A DNA stretch of 51,490 nt from Pyrinomonadaceae bacterium (lineage in GTDB: Bacteria > Acidobacteriota > Blastocatellia > Pyrinomonadales > Pyrinomonadaceae), in NCBI GenBank assembly GCA_045807845.1, contig JBJMGQ010000085.1, positions 1 through 51,490 of the forward strand. The letters are read 5' to 3'. Positions 28,293 to 37,735 of this stretch are shown piece after piece. The notes below the pieces were generated by a model. The model had not been told where the DNA came from, made no database searches, and was given only the letters and a program-made list of their open reading frames with translations. The translations under genes and the position numbers were made by a program. How positions within the stretch are numbered: position 1 is the stretch's first letter; each line of letters begins with the position of its first letter.

Positions 28293-29369
28293 CTAGGCGG
28301 CGACCGTTTCGGCCTTGAGCTTCTCGGCTTGGTAGTGTGCGACGAGGGCGTTGATGAATTCGTCGAGGGCGCCCTCCATGACGAGGTCGAGCTGGTGGAT
28401 GGTGAGCCCGATGCGATGGTCTGAGACGCGGTTCTCTTTGAAATTGTAGGTGCGAATCTTCTCGGAGCGGTCGCCGGAGCCGACCATCTGCCGGCGCTCG
28501 CTGGCCTGCGCCTCGTGCTGCTTCTGCTCTTCGAGTTCTTGCAGGCGCGCGCGCAAAACCCGCATCGCCTTCTCGCGGTTCTTGATCTGCGACTTCTCAT
28601 CCTGCATCGAGACGACGGTGTTCGTGGGCAGGTGCGTAATGCGCACGGCCGAGTAGGTGGTGTTGACCGACTGGCCGCCCGGCCCCGACGAGCAGAAGGT
28701 GTCGATGCGCAGATCGTTCTGGTTGATCTTCACGTCAACCTCTTCGGCCTCGGGCAGCACGGCGACGGTGACGGCCGAAGTGTGGATGCGCCCCGAAGTC
28801 TCGGTCTGCGGCACGCGCTGGACGCGGTGGACGCCCGACTCGTGCTTGAGCTTCGAATAGACCTTCTCGCCGGAAATTTCGGCGATGGCCTCTTTGAGGC
28901 CGCCTATCCCTGACTCGGACTGGTCGAGAATCTCCATCTTCCAGCCCTGCCGCTCGGCGTAGCGGCCGTACATGCGCAGCATCTCGGCGGCAAAGAGCGT
29001 CGCCTCGTCGCCGCCCGTGCCGGCGCGAATTTCGAGGATGACGTTCTTCTCGTCGTTCGGGTCGCGCGGGAGCAGGAGGACTCGCAGGTCTTCTTCGACC
29101 TTCTCAAGTTGCTCTTCGAGCGTCGCCGTTTCGACGCGCGCCATCTCGCGCATCTCCTCGTCTTCGCCCAAGTCGTAAAGCTCGCGCGCGTCGGAAAGCT
29201 CCGACTTGAGCTGCTTCAACTCGCGATACTTCGAGACTACTTCGCCTAAGCTGCGGTGCTGCTTGTTGAGCTTCCCGTAGTTCGCGGGGTCGGAGTAGAC
29301 CTCGGGCGACGACAGCTCCTCGGTCAGAGCTTCATAGCGCGCTTCGATCTGTTCGAGTTTGTCTAGCAT
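28293..29369 (-). CDS. prfA: peptide chain release factor 1
   Basis: GGQ motif [11 protein letters not shown] and RF1-type recognition loop [17 protein letters not shown]. Confidence 0.95.
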   Translation of the reverse strand: MLDKLEQIEARYEALTEELSSPEVYSDPANYGKLNKQHRSLGEVVSKYRELKQLKSELSDARELYDLGEDEEMREMARVETATLEEQLEKVEEDLRVLLLPRDPNDEKNVILEIRAGTGGDEATLFAAEMLRMYGRYAERQGWKMEILDQSESGIGGLKEAIAEISGEKVYSKLKHESGVHRVQRVPQTETSGRIHTSAVTVAVLPEAEEVDVKINQNDLRIDTFCSSGPGGQSVNTTYSAVRITHLPTNTVVSMQDEKSQIKNREKAMRVLRARLQELEEQKQHEAQASERRQMVGSGDRSEKIRTYNFKENRVSDHRIGLTIHQLDLVMEGALDEFINALVAHYQAEKLKAETVAA

Positions 29370-29375
29370 GATTGA

Positions 29376-30593
29376 TTACGACAGAGGCGTTAACGCGGCC
29401 TCCTGCGGCTGCGGCTCAAACTTGAGCGATTCTTTGAGCGCGACGATGGCGACTTCGAGCTGCTGGTCGTCGGGCTCCTTCGTCGTGACGTTCTGGAGCC
29501 AGACGCCGGGGCGCGTGATGAGCTTGAAGACGAGGCCGCCCTCCTTCTTCGCGGAGAGCCGTATGATCTCGTAGCTCAGGCCGGCGACGACCGGGATGAG
29601 CGCGACGCGGACGGCGATGTTGTAAGCGAACGAGCTGAAGGCGATGATCGAGAAGAGCACGATGGAGACGAGCATCACGACCATCAGGAAGCTCGTGCCG
29701 CAACGCGGGTGCTGGCGCGGCTGGATGCGCGCGTTCGCGACCGTGAGCGGCAGCCCCGATTCCCAGTTGAAGACCGTCTTGTGCTCCGCGCCGTGATACT
29801 CGAAGACGCGCCGGATGTCTTTCGAGAGTGAGAAACTTGAAATCATCAGAATGAAAATCGCCATCCGGATCATGCCGTCGATGAGGTTGAAGGCGACGTT
29901 CGGCTTCACGGGCTTCAGATAGCCGCGGACGCCGTTGTACGTGCGCGTGTACCAAGGCGCGTCGGCGGCCGTCGCATCGGCGGGCCGTGCGTCGGTGTTC
30001 GGCGCGGCTTCAGTCGCGGGGCGCTTGATGTCGCCGGCCGCCTGTTGCTGCGCGGCGGGCACTTCGCCCGCGCTACGGTCGGCCCAGCCCATGCCGATGA
30101 AGAGGGCGTTGGTGAGCATGAGCGGCGCGACGACGAAGAGCAGGATGTTGAAGAGCATCGCGAAGGCGATGGAGCCGAAGGCCGCGGCCGAGCCGCGTTT
30201 CAACTCGTCCTCGGGGCGCTTCTGCGTCGGGATGGGGAAGAGGCCGGGGACGCCGCCGGTGATGCCTGCGAAGTCGCCCTCGCCTTCGACGACCGCGGGC
30301 GTGAGTGCGACCGCTTCGGCCGTCTCAGTCTCCTCGACGAAGGCTTCGGCGGCCGAGTAGTTGAGCGCCTTGATGCCGAGCGCCATCGACTGCACGAGCA
30401 CGGCGGCGCCGCGCAGCACGGGGAGCTTGAGCGCGGGATACTTGTCGCTCCACTTCGGCAAGGAAGCACCCGTGTGCGTGATGGTGCCGTCGGGGCGGCG
30501 CACCGCGATGGCGTACGCGGAGGGCGTGCGCATCATCACGCCTTCGATGACGGCTTGGCCGCCGACAATCAGGTCTTTTTCGCTGGCGCTCAC
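29376..30593 (-). CDS. DUF1385-family membrane protein (prfA-associated) with Ala/Gly/Glu-rich insertions
   Basis: N-terminal [12 protein letters not shown] and C-terminal [14 protein letters not shown] motifs are typical of DUF1385. Adjacent to prfA, as is common. Confidence 0.85.
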   Translation of the reverse strand: MSASEKDLIVGGQAVIEGVMMRTPSAYAIAVRRPDGTITHTGASLPKWSDKYPALKLPVLRGAAVLVQSMALGIKALNYSAAEAFVEETETAEAVALTPAVVEGEGDFAGITGGVPGLFPIPTQKRPEDELKRGSAAAFGSIAFAMLFNILLFVVAPLMLTNALFIGMGWADRSAGEVPAAQQQAAGDIKRPATEAAPNTDARPADATAADAPWYTRTYNGVRGYLKPVKPNVAFNLIDGMIRMAIFILMISSFSLSKDIRRVFEYHGAEHKTVFNWESGLPLTVANARIQPRQHPRCGTSFLMVVMLVSIVLFSIIAFSSFAYNIAVRVALIPVVAGLSYEIIRLSAKKEGGLVFKLITRPGVWLQNVTTKEPDDQQLEVAIVALKESLKFEPQPQEAALTPLS

Positions 30594-30764
30594 GGGAAAA
30601 TCCTTTCGGGTAAAGTGAAACGCCGACCTTCGGTGCGGCTTTGCTTTCGTTACCCCTTGAGGGTAAGAAAGGCTGGGGCCGCGGGCGCGAAAGGTCGGCG
30701 TCCGGGTTCTGGGTAGCTAATACTGGCGGCGTCGAATCGGTGTCATAGACGCTGGCCGAACGGC

Positions 30765-31004
30765 TCAGGCGTTGGCGCCTTCGGTCGCGGCCGGAGCTTC
30801 GGTCTTCTTGCCGTAGCGCTTGTTGAAGCGGTCAACGCGGCCAGCCGTGTCGATCAGCTTCTGCTTGCCCGTGAAGAACGGGTGACACTCCGAGCAGATT
30901 TCAAGGTGGAGGTCGTCCTTCTTGGTCGAGCGCGTCTGGAAGTTGTTGCCGCAGGCGCAGTGGACGGTGACCTCGTGGTAGTCGGGATGAATTCCTTGCT
31001 TCAT
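30765..31004 (-). CDS. rpmE: 50S ribosomal protein L31 (Zn-ribbon type)
   Basis: [41 protein letters not shown]. Confidence 0.95.
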   Translation of the reverse strand: MKQGIHPDYHEVTVHCACGNNFQTRSTKKDDLHLEICSECHPFFTGKQKLIDTAGRVDRFNKRYGKKTEAPAATEGANA

Positions 31005-31054
31005 TTCTCTTTCCTCTCTGATAGCGGGCCGCGAGCGGCCTCAAACAAAGCCCC

Positions 31055-31084
31055 ATCTTACCGACGCTTGTCGCGCATCGTCAA
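31055..31084 (-). promoter_or_regulatory. possible promoter of rpmE
   Basis: On the minus strand: TTGACG, 18-nt spacer, TAAGAT. About 50 nt upstream of the rpmE ATG. Confidence 0.35.
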
Positions 31085-31328
31085 GTTGTGCAAGGACTTG
31101 GATGCACGACGCGGCCTCCGGATTGCCCGCGCGTGGGCACAACGAGGGGCGCGGCACTAGTTTGTTGACAGGCGTACAAATCGCGTGTTACAAACGCGCT
31201 GAACACACCTTTGCAGCTTTTCCGTTAGAGTACCTTGAAAGTTATACAAGCCGCACTCATAGACGAGTAGGGACTCAAGTTGTTCCCCGAGCTACGTCCT
31301 TACACGGGAGTTGAACCTTTAGGACGCG

Positions 31329-32579
31329 ATGACGGACGAACCCAAAAACCCTCCGAAATCCGACGCAACCTCACCGCCTGAAAGCGACGAAACACGCCGC
31401 GCGGCAGACACATCCCCGGCAGCAGATGAGGCCGCGGGCGCGCTGCCGCCCCCGCCCGACGCCGAAGAGCCGCGACCCACGCCCGAGAGTCAGGCGGCTC
31501 TGACCGGCAAAGCGCCTTCGGGCAGCTCGACTTCAGGCACGACCGTCCCAGCCTCGACAGAGAGACCCAAACCACCGGCCGCGCCTCCCTCCAACGAGAC
31601 ACCCGAGGAGAAGAAGGCGCGACTCGAACGCATCATCGCCGAGGCGAAGGCGAAGAAGGAGGCCGCCGCCGCTGCCGCCGCGCAGGCCGAGGCCGGAGGG
31701 GGCGGGGAAGCGCCGCCGCCGGGCGGCAAGTCGCCCGAGGTCGGCGACCCTTTGAAGAGTCCTTCGCAGGCAGACCTCGAACGCGCCGCCAAGATCGCAG
31801 AGGCCAAGGCGCGCGCCGCCGCCGCAAAGGAGGAGGCCGCCGCGAAGTCGCCCGCCGCGGCTCCCGGCGCAGGGAAGCCCGCCCCTCCGGCCGCGGCCGG
31901 GGCCGGCATTCCGAAGCCTCCCGTCAAGAAGAAGGACGAAGGGCCGAAGCCGGTCGAGTCGCCCGAACATCCTCTGTTCAAGCGCTTGCGCGACCGCTTC
32001 GGCGACGCTGTTGAGGGCGCTTTCACTTTCGTCAACCAGCTCTCGATTCACGTCAAGGCCGAAGTCGTCATGGAAGTCTGCATGGCTTTGCGCGACGACG
32101 CGGAGACGCCGTTCGACTATCTGTCCGACCTGACCTGCGTCCACTGGCCCGAGCGCGAAGAGGCGCCGTTCGAGGTCGTCTACAACCTCTACTCCATCTC
32201 GAAGAACGAGCGCGTGCGCGTGAAGGCCGCGGCGGGCGAGGCGGGGCTGGACAGCGTCACGGGCGTCTGGCCGACGGCCAACTGGATGGAGCGCGAGGCT
32301 TACGATCTGTTCGGCGTGACCTTCAACAATCATCCAGACCTGCGGCGTCTGCTCCTGCCGAAAGATTGGGACGGCCACCCGCTGAGGAAGGACTACCCGC
32401 TGGAGTTCATGGAGAACGAGTGGACGACGCGCCACCTGCCGGAGTTCACCGAAGTCCAGCGCGAGCAGTTGGCGCAGCGGCGCGCATACGGCCTCGAAAT
32501 CCTCCAGACGCCCGACGAGCGGCGCATCCGCGAAATCTTCCGCGACGGGCGCGACCCGTTGCCGAAGGAGCACAAGTAG
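31329..32579 (+). CDS. nuoC: NADH-quinone oxidoreductase subunit C with a ~210-aa Pro/Ala/Lys/Glu-rich N-terminal extension
   Basis: The conserved NuoC core starts near 31966 (HPLFKRLRDRFG..WPTANWMEREAYDLFGVTFNNHPDLRRLLLP..HPLRKDYPL). The upstream 212 codons are low-complexity but in frame and GC3-rich. Confidence 0.85.
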   Translation: MTDEPKNPPKSDATSPPESDETRRAADTSPAADEAAGALPPPPDAEEPRPTPESQAALTGKAPSGSSTSGTTVPASTERPKPPAAPPSNETPEEKKARLERIIAEAKAKKEAAAAAAAQAEAGGGGEAPPPGGKSPEVGDPLKSPSQADLERAAKIAEAKARAAAAKEEAAAKSPAAAPGAGKPAPPAAAGAGIPKPPVKKKDEGPKPVESPEHPLFKRLRDRFGDAVEGAFTFVNQLSIHVKAEVVMEVCMALRDDAETPFDYLSDLTCVHWPEREEAPFEVVYNLYSISKNERVRVKAAAGEAGLDSVTGVWPTANWMEREAYDLFGVTFNNHPDLRRLLLPKDWDGHPLRKDYPLEFMENEWTTRHLPEFTEVQREQLAQRRAYGLEILQTPDERRIREIFRDGRDPLPKEHK

Positions 32580-32585
32580 ACGCAA

Positions 32586-32834
32586 ATGCACCCGAAAGAC
32601 CTCGCCGCCAAGTACGAAGTGAAGGTCTTCGACAGCCCCTCGGCCGCCGAAGCCGCAGGCTTCCGACTCGGCCAACGCATGAGCCCACGCAACGTCTGGA
32701 ACCGTGACTCCGCGGCCTCCGCCATCCTCTTCGACCTGCTCGGCAAGCGGAAACGCGGCGAAGTCTCCGAGGTCGCCCTCGTGCTTGAGACGGCCAGCGT
32801 CGCGGGAGCCTTCAAGGGAAACGATGAAGTATGA
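32586..32834 (+). CDS. small hypothetical protein embedded between nuoC and nuoD
   Basis: 82-aa ORF with strongly GC3-biased codons, starting 4 nt after the nuoC stop. VFDSPSAAEAAGFRLGQRMSP weakly recalls the Ada N-terminal Zn-binding domain pattern, but without the cysteines (from memory, unverified). Confidence 0.5.
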   Translation: MHPKDLAAKYEVKVFDSPSAAEAAGFRLGQRMSPRNVWNRDSAASAILFDLLGKRKRGEVSEVALVLETASVAGAFKGNDEV

Positions 32835-32888
32835 ACGCTGAATGATGAACTGAAGGCAGCTTGTCTTACAGTTCGACGTTCAGCGTTC
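32833..32888. repeat. family A heptad-hairpin element, copy A4 (more diverged)
   Basis: GAACGCTGAATGATGAACTG (32833-32852) pairs with CAGTTCGACGTTCAGCGTTC (32869-32888), 17/20. Lies between the 82-aa ORF stop and the nuoD start. Confidence 0.8.
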
Positions 32889-32907
32889 CGAGTCCATAGT
32901 TCAAACC

Positions 32908-34041
32908 ATGCATCAAGTAGAAGTCGCCACCACGCAGGAGACCTTACTCGACAACCCCGAGATGGTCTTGAACATGGGGCCGCAGCACCCTTCGACCCAC
33001 GGCGTGCTGCGCGTCATCCTGCGCCTCGACGGCGAGACCGTCATCGACCTCGACTGCGACATCGGCTTCCTCCATCGCGGCATGGAGAAGATTGCCGAGA
33101 ATCGCCTCTACCCGATGATCGCTCCTTACTGGGACAGGCTCGACTACATCGCGGCGGTCTCGAACGGGCTGGTCTGGGTCGAGACCGTCGAGCAGATGAT
33201 GGGGCTCGAAATCCCTCGGCGCGCGCACTACATCCGCACCATCCTCACGGAGCTGAACCGCATCTCTTCGCATCTGCTCTGGCTCGCCACGCACGCGCTC
33301 GACATCGGCGCCTTCACCGTCCTGCTGCACGCCTTGCGCGAGCGCGAGGAGATTCTGAAGATATTCGAGCAGCAGTTCGGCGCGCGCCTCACCTGCCACG
33401 CGTGGCGCATCGGCGGCATGCCGAACGACGCCTACGAAGGCTTTACCGAGGACGTGCAGCAGTTCGTCGATAACTTCCCGAATCGCATCGACCAGTACGA
33501 GACGCTGCTCTCGGAGAATCGCATCTGGCTCGGGCGCACCGTGGGCATCGGCGTCATCTCGGCCGCCGACGCCATCGCCATCGGGCTCTCGGGGCCGTCC
33601 CTGCGCGGCTCGGGCGTCGCGTGGGACATACGCAAAAGCCGTCCGTATGCGGCCTACGGCGAACTCGACTTCGACGTGCCCGTCGGCGAGAACGGCGACA
33701 CGTATGACCGCTACCTCGTCCGCATCGAAGAGATGCGCCAGTCGCGCCGCATCGTCCAGCAGGCTTTGAAGCAGATGCCTGACGGCCCCGTCAACGCCAA
33801 GATTCCGAAGGTGCTCAAGCCCCCGGCCGGCGACTACTATCATTCCATCGAAGGCCCGAAGGGCGAGATCGGTTGTTACTTAGTCAGCGACGGCACGAGC
33901 CGCCCGTATCGCGTCCGCGTCCGCCCGCCGTGCCTCATCAACCTACAGGCGCTGCGGCAGATGTGCGTCGGCCACCTCGTCGCCGACGTGGTCGCCATCA
34001 TCGGCACGCTCGACATCGTGCTCGGAGAGATAGACCGTTAG
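32908..34041 (+). CDS. nuoD: NADH-quinone oxidoreductase subunit D
   Basis: [22 protein letters not shown], and [23 protein letters not shown] at the C-terminus. Confidence 0.95.
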   Translation: MHQVEVATTQETLLDNPEMVLNMGPQHPSTHGVLRVILRLDGETVIDLDCDIGFLHRGMEKIAENRLYPMIAPYWDRLDYIAAVSNGLVWVETVEQMMGLEIPRRAHYIRTILTELNRISSHLLWLATHALDIGAFTVLLHALREREEILKIFEQQFGARLTCHAWRIGGMPNDAYEGFTEDVQQFVDNFPNRIDQYETLLSENRIWLGRTVGIGVISAADAIAIGLSGPSLRGSGVAWDIRKSRPYAAYGELDFDVPVGENGDTYDRYLVRIEEMRQSRRIVQQALKQMPDGPVNAKIPKVLKPPAGDYYHSIEGPKGEIGCYLVSDGTSRPYRVRVRPPCLINLQALRQMCVGHLVADVVAIIGTLDIVLGEIDR

Positions 34042-34116
34042 TTTTCGGTTTTTAGTTTTCAGTTTTCAGCAAGACCAAGCTGCCGACTGAAAACCGAAAA
34101 CTGAAAACTGAAAACT
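34041..34116 (+). repeat. family B hairpin element, copy B2 (nuoD-cupin spacer)
   Basis: Nearly identical to B1, including the loop GCAAGACCAAGCTGC. Begins at the nuoD stop and ends ..GAAAACT directly before the ATG at 34117. Confidence 0.92.
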
Positions 34117-34587
34117 ATGAATGTCATTCGCCTACCCGTGCAGAAGATGACGCGCGAGGCTTTCGCGCCGTACGGGATCGTGCTCGACCGGCGCGGCTCC
34201 GTGGACGTGGACATTGGGATGGGCGTGCCGAGCATCACGGGCGCGACGGCCGACCCGCGCCCCTTCAAGTTCGACTTCATGGCGCGCCACCGCCACACGA
34301 TGCAGGTCTTCTCGCCGCTCGCGGGCTCGCAGGCCGTCATCTGCGTGGCGCCGCCCAACGGGCTCGACGCGCCCGACGTGGACAGGGTCGTCGCCTTTCT
34401 CGTCGAAGGCCGTCTGCCTTACGCATACTTCCGCGGCACCTGGCACACGCCGCCCTTCGCCACCGGCGAGTGGTACTCCTACCTCGTCGTAGACCGCAAG
34501 GGCACGCTCGACGAAGACCTTGAGCTGGTGGACATCAGGGCCGCGCGCGGCTGCACGTTCGAGATTGACCTGTCAACTGACGGCTGA
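34117..34587 (+). CDS. ureidoglycolate lyase (AllA) family cupin-fold protein embedded between nuoD and nuoH
   Basis: 156 aa. REAFAPYGIV, ARHRHTMQVFSPL, AVICVAP, AFLVEG..YFRGTWHTPPF and YLVVDRKG follow the AllA/PF04115 pattern (E. coli AllA: EAFSAYGDVI, ERHPLGTQAFIPM, NVWHHPLF, TIDRGG). Confidence 0.72.
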   Translation: MNVIRLPVQKMTREAFAPYGIVLDRRGSVDVDIGMGVPSITGATADPRPFKFDFMARHRHTMQVFSPLAGSQAVICVAPPNGLDAPDVDRVVAFLVEGRLPYAYFRGTWHTPPFATGEWYSYLVVDRKGTLDEDLELVDIRAARGCTFEIDLSTDG

Positions 34588-34599
34588 ACGCTTGAAACC

Positions 34600-35949
34600 A
34601 TGTTCGCACTCTTCGCACCGCCCAACTTCCTCGACGACCTCCTGCTGAGATTCTTCGGCGAGGAGACGGTCAACTACGTCGTCTGGCCCTTCATACAGAT
34701 CGGCGCGGTCATCACGCTGATCGCCGTGTGGGCGCTCTACGCGAGTTATCTGGAGCGGAAGATTTCCGCGTTCATGCAGGCGCGGCTGGGGCCGATGCGC
34801 GTCGGCAAGTGGGGGCTGTTGCAGCCCATCGCCGACGCCGTCAAGCTCCTCACCAAAGAAGACCTCGTGCCGGAGAAGGCCGACCCTTACATCTTCCGTT
34901 ACGCGCCCTACATCTCGGTTGCGGCCACGTTCATCACCTTCGCGGTCGTGCCGTTCGCGCCGAACTGGGGCGTGATTACGGACGTGAACATCGGCCTGCT
35001 CTTCGTCCTCTCGATCTCTTCGGTGGGCGTCCTCGCCCTCATCCTCGCCGGTTGGTCTTCGAACTCGAAGTACGCGCTGCTCGGGGGCTTGCGCTCGTCG
35101 GCGCAGATGGTCTCGTACGAAGTCTCGATGGGGCTCTCGCTCATCGGCGCGCTGATGTTCGCGCGGACGCTTAGCTTGTCTGGCATCACCGTCGCGCAGG
35201 CGTCCGACTCGGTCTTCCCCGGCTTCATCATCTACCAGCCGCTCGCCTTCGTCGTCTTCCTCATCAGCGGCATCGCCGAGAACAACCGCGCGCCCTTCGA
35301 TCTGCCCGAGGCCGAGTCGGAACTCGTCGCAGGCTTTCACACTGAGTACTCGGGGATGCGCTGGTCGCTCTTCTTCATGGCCGAGTATGCGGCGATGGTG
35401 GTGGTCGCGGCCGTGGCGACGACCGTCTTTCTCGGTGGCTGGTACTTCCCCGGCGTGCTCCGGCTCGCGGGCGGCTACGGCAACCTGTACATCTTCCTGA
35501 GCCTCGTCGTCTTCATCGTCAAGCTGGCGCTGCTGCTCTATCTCTACTTCTGGCTGCGGTGGACGTTCCCGCGCTACCGCTATGACCAGTTGATGGACTT
35601 GGGTTGGAAGTGGATGATTCCGGCCGCGCTGCTGAACATCGTGTGGACGGGCGTGACGGTCTTCACCTTGCAGGCGCTCGACGGCTGGCAGGGTTTAGAC
35701 ACGATTGAGCCGCGCCGGCGGGGCGGCCCGCTGCTCGAAGCCGGGCTTAACCTGACGGGGACGGGGAAAGTCGTCGCCATCGTCTTCGGGCTGTTGGGGC
35801 TGCTCATCGCGGGGCTCTTCCTCGGCTACCTCAACCGCCACTCGCGCGACTTCAATCTCAAGAAGCAGCGGCGCCAGATACGGCTCGTGGACGTGCCGAA
35901 GGGCGCGCCCGCGGTTGCGACGACCGCAGCGGCGGCCGACAACGCATAA
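34600..35949 (+). CDS. nuoH: NADH-quinone oxidoreductase subunit H with a ~90-aa C-terminal extension containing an extra TM helix
   Basis: ERKISAFMQARLGPMRVG, LQPIADAVKLLTKED, APFDLPEAESELVAGFHTEYSGMRW. The extension runs from about 35680. Confidence 0.93.
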   Translation: MFALFAPPNFLDDLLLRFFGEETVNYVVWPFIQIGAVITLIAVWALYASYLERKISAFMQARLGPMRVGKWGLLQPIADAVKLLTKEDLVPEKADPYIFRYAPYISVAATFITFAVVPFAPNWGVITDVNIGLLFVLSISSVGVLALILAGWSSNSKYALLGGLRSSAQMVSYEVSMGLSLIGALMFARTLSLSGITVAQASDSVFPGFIIYQPLAFVVFLISGIAENNRAPFDLPEAESELVAGFHTEYSGMRWSLFFMAEYAAMVVVAAVATTVFLGGWYFPGVLRLAGGYGNLYIFLSLVVFIVKLALLLYLYFWLRWTFPRYRYDQLMDLGWKWMIPAALLNIVWTGVTVFTLQALDGWQGLDTIEPRRRGGPLLEAGLNLTGTGKVVAIVFGLLGLLIAGLFLGYLNRHSRDFNLKKQRRQIRLVDVPKGAPAVATTAAAADNA

Positions 35950-35977
35950 GTCACCGAAGGGTTGTAAGAGAGGTCGT

Positions 35978-36511
35978 ATGTCTTTAGTCAAAGTTCCGCG
36001 GGCCGGTTGGGGAGAGAGGCTGAAGCGCTTCTTTCTGGCGGACGTGTTCAAGGGGATGTGGCTGACGTTGAAGTATAACGTCGGCGCGTTGACGGACAAG
36101 AATTCCGTCAGCGGCTACGGCATCTACACCGAGCAGTATCCTTCCGTCAGGCCGCAGGTGGCGCCGCGCTTCCACGGCGCGCCGCGGCTGAACATGGATC
36201 CCGAGACGCACGAGTCTCTGTGCATCGCCTGCAACCTCTGTGCGCTGGCCTGCCCCGAGGACTGCATCGACGTGATCGCGATGGACATCGAGATGACGGT
36301 CGGCGGCAAGCCGCGCAAGAAGAAGGTGCTCGACGAGTTCATCTTCGACACTTCGCGCTGCATGTTCTGCGCGCTCTGTCAGGAGGCGTGCCCCACGGCC
36401 TGCCTTGAGCTGACGCAGGAGTTCGAGCTCGCCACCTACTCGCGCGCGGGCTTCGTCTGGAACCGCGAGATGCTTGAGCAGGGGCGCGAGTCGCGCAAGT
36501 TTGAAGCTTGA
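35978..36511 (+). CDS. nuoI: NADH-quinone oxidoreductase subunit I
   Basis: Two 4Fe-4S motifs, CIACNLCALACP and CMFCALCQEACP. Start trimmed to the ATG at 35978 with GAGAGG upstream. Confidence 0.93.
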   Translation: MSLVKVPRAGWGERLKRFFLADVFKGMWLTLKYNVGALTDKNSVSGYGIYTEQYPSVRPQVAPRFHGAPRLNMDPETHESLCIACNLCALACPEDCIDVIAMDIEMTVGGKPRKKKVLDEFIFDTSRCMFCALCQEACPTACLELTQEFELATYSRAGFVWNREMLEQGRESRKFEA

Positions 36512-36515
36512 AGCG

Positions 36516-36617
36516 GTTTTCAGTTTTCAGTTTTTAGTTTTCAGTAAGAGCGGCAGTTACGCGAACGCTCCGAGAGGAAACGACAGGCTGAAAACTGAAA
36601 ACTGAAAACTGAAAACT
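36516..36617 (+). repeat. family B hairpin element, copy B3 (nuoI-nuoJ spacer)
   Basis: GTTTTCAGTTTTCAGTTTTTAGTTTTCAG (36516-36544), a 43-nt loop, then CTGAAAACTGAAAACTGAAAACTGAAAACT (36588-36617) directly before the nuoJ ATG. Confidence 0.92.
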
Positions 36618-37316
36618 ATGGTTCTGCAAGGCTGGGAAAGCGTCTTCTTCTGGGTCTTCGCGCTCTCCGCGCTGGTGGCGGGGCTGCTGACGGTGATGGC
36701 GCGCAACGCCGTCCACTCGGCGTTGTTCCTCATCTCGACGCTCGTGTCGGTGGCGGCGCTCTTCGTGCTCCTCGGCGCGGAGTTCATCGCGGGCGTGCAG
36801 ATACTCGTCTACGTCGGCGGCGTGATGGTGCTCTTCCTGTTCGTCATCATGCTCGTCAACGTTGCGGCCGAAGAGCGTGGGGGCGAAGAGCTGTTCAATC
36901 GCACGGGGCAGGTAACGGCGGCCGTCTGCTTCGTCGCGCTCCTCGTCCTTGGATTCTTCTACGCCATCAACCAGTCGGCGGGGCACTTCGTGCCCTCCAA
37001 CAACGAACAGACCATCATGCAGCGCGACACGGAGAGCGCGCGCATGCACAACGCCGCCACGGGCGTCTCGAAGATTTCGGAGGACACGCAGCGCGTGGGC
37101 GCGAGCCTCTATCGCTACGGCGCGCTGCCGTTCGAGATTGCGAGCGTGCTGCTGCTGGTCGCCATCGTCGGCTCTGTGCTGCTGGCGCGCACGTCGAAGC
37201 AGGAGCTGGCCGCCGACGACGTTGACCCGCAGGTCATCACGGAGCTGAGCGCCGTGGGCGAACTGACCCCGGCCGAGATAGAGGCCGCCACGCGCGCACA
37301 CGCCGCCGAGGTCTGA
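36618..37316 (+). CDS. nuoJ: NADH-quinone oxidoreductase subunit J
   Basis: VMARNAVHSALFLISTLVSVAALFVLLGAEFIAGVQILVYVGGVMVLFLFVIML is typical of NuoJ. Confidence 0.87.
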   Translation: MVLQGWESVFFWVFALSALVAGLLTVMARNAVHSALFLISTLVSVAALFVLLGAEFIAGVQILVYVGGVMVLFLFVIMLVNVAAEERGGEELFNRTGQVTAAVCFVALLVLGFFYAINQSAGHFVPSNNEQTIMQRDTESARMHNAATGVSKISEDTQRVGASLYRYGALPFEIASVLLLVAIVGSVLLARTSKQELAADDVDPQVITELSAVGELTPAEIEAATRAHAAEV

Positions 37317-37327
37317 AGATTCAGAGC

Positions 37328-37729
37328 ATGACTATGAACAGCCTTTTCACACCGGCGCTCGCGCTCTTGCAGGGGGGCGCCCTCGACAACGTGAAGCAGG
37401 GGATTCAGCACCCCGACCTCTCGAAGTTCCTCATCATCGGGGCGCTGCTCTTCAGCATCGGCGTCGCGGGCGTGCTGACGCGACGCAACATCATCATCAT
37501 CTTCATGTCCGTCGAGCTGATACTGAACGCGGCGAATCTGAACTTCATCGTCTTCTCGCGCTACTTTCAGGAGACCGGAGGCATCAACGCCGTCGCCGGA
37601 CAGGTCTTCACGGTCTTCATCATCGTCGTCGCCGCCGCCGAAGCGGCCATCGGCCTCGGCCTCGTCATCGCGCTCTACCGCAACCGCGAGACGATCTTCG
37701 TGGACAAGATTGACCTCTTGAAGTGGTGA
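37328..37729 (+). CDS. nuoK: NADH-quinone oxidoreductase subunit K (with a ~30-aa N-terminal extension)
   Basis: FSIGVAGVLTRRNIIIIFMSVELILNAANLNFI..AAAEAAIGLGLVIALYRN. Confidence 0.9.
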   Translation: MTMNSLFTPALALLQGGALDNVKQGIQHPDLSKFLIIGALLFSIGVAGVLTRRNIIIIFMSVELILNAANLNFIVFSRYFQETGGINAVAGQVFTVFIIVVAAAEAAIGLGLVIALYRNRETIFVDKIDLLKW

Positions 37730-37735
37730 GGGACA

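Noticed and set aside
31165-31193. TTGACA-17-TTACAA as the nuoC promoter.
   Set aside because: The -35 element is perfect, but the -10 matches the consensus at only 2 of 6 positions. This is too weak to list as a feature.
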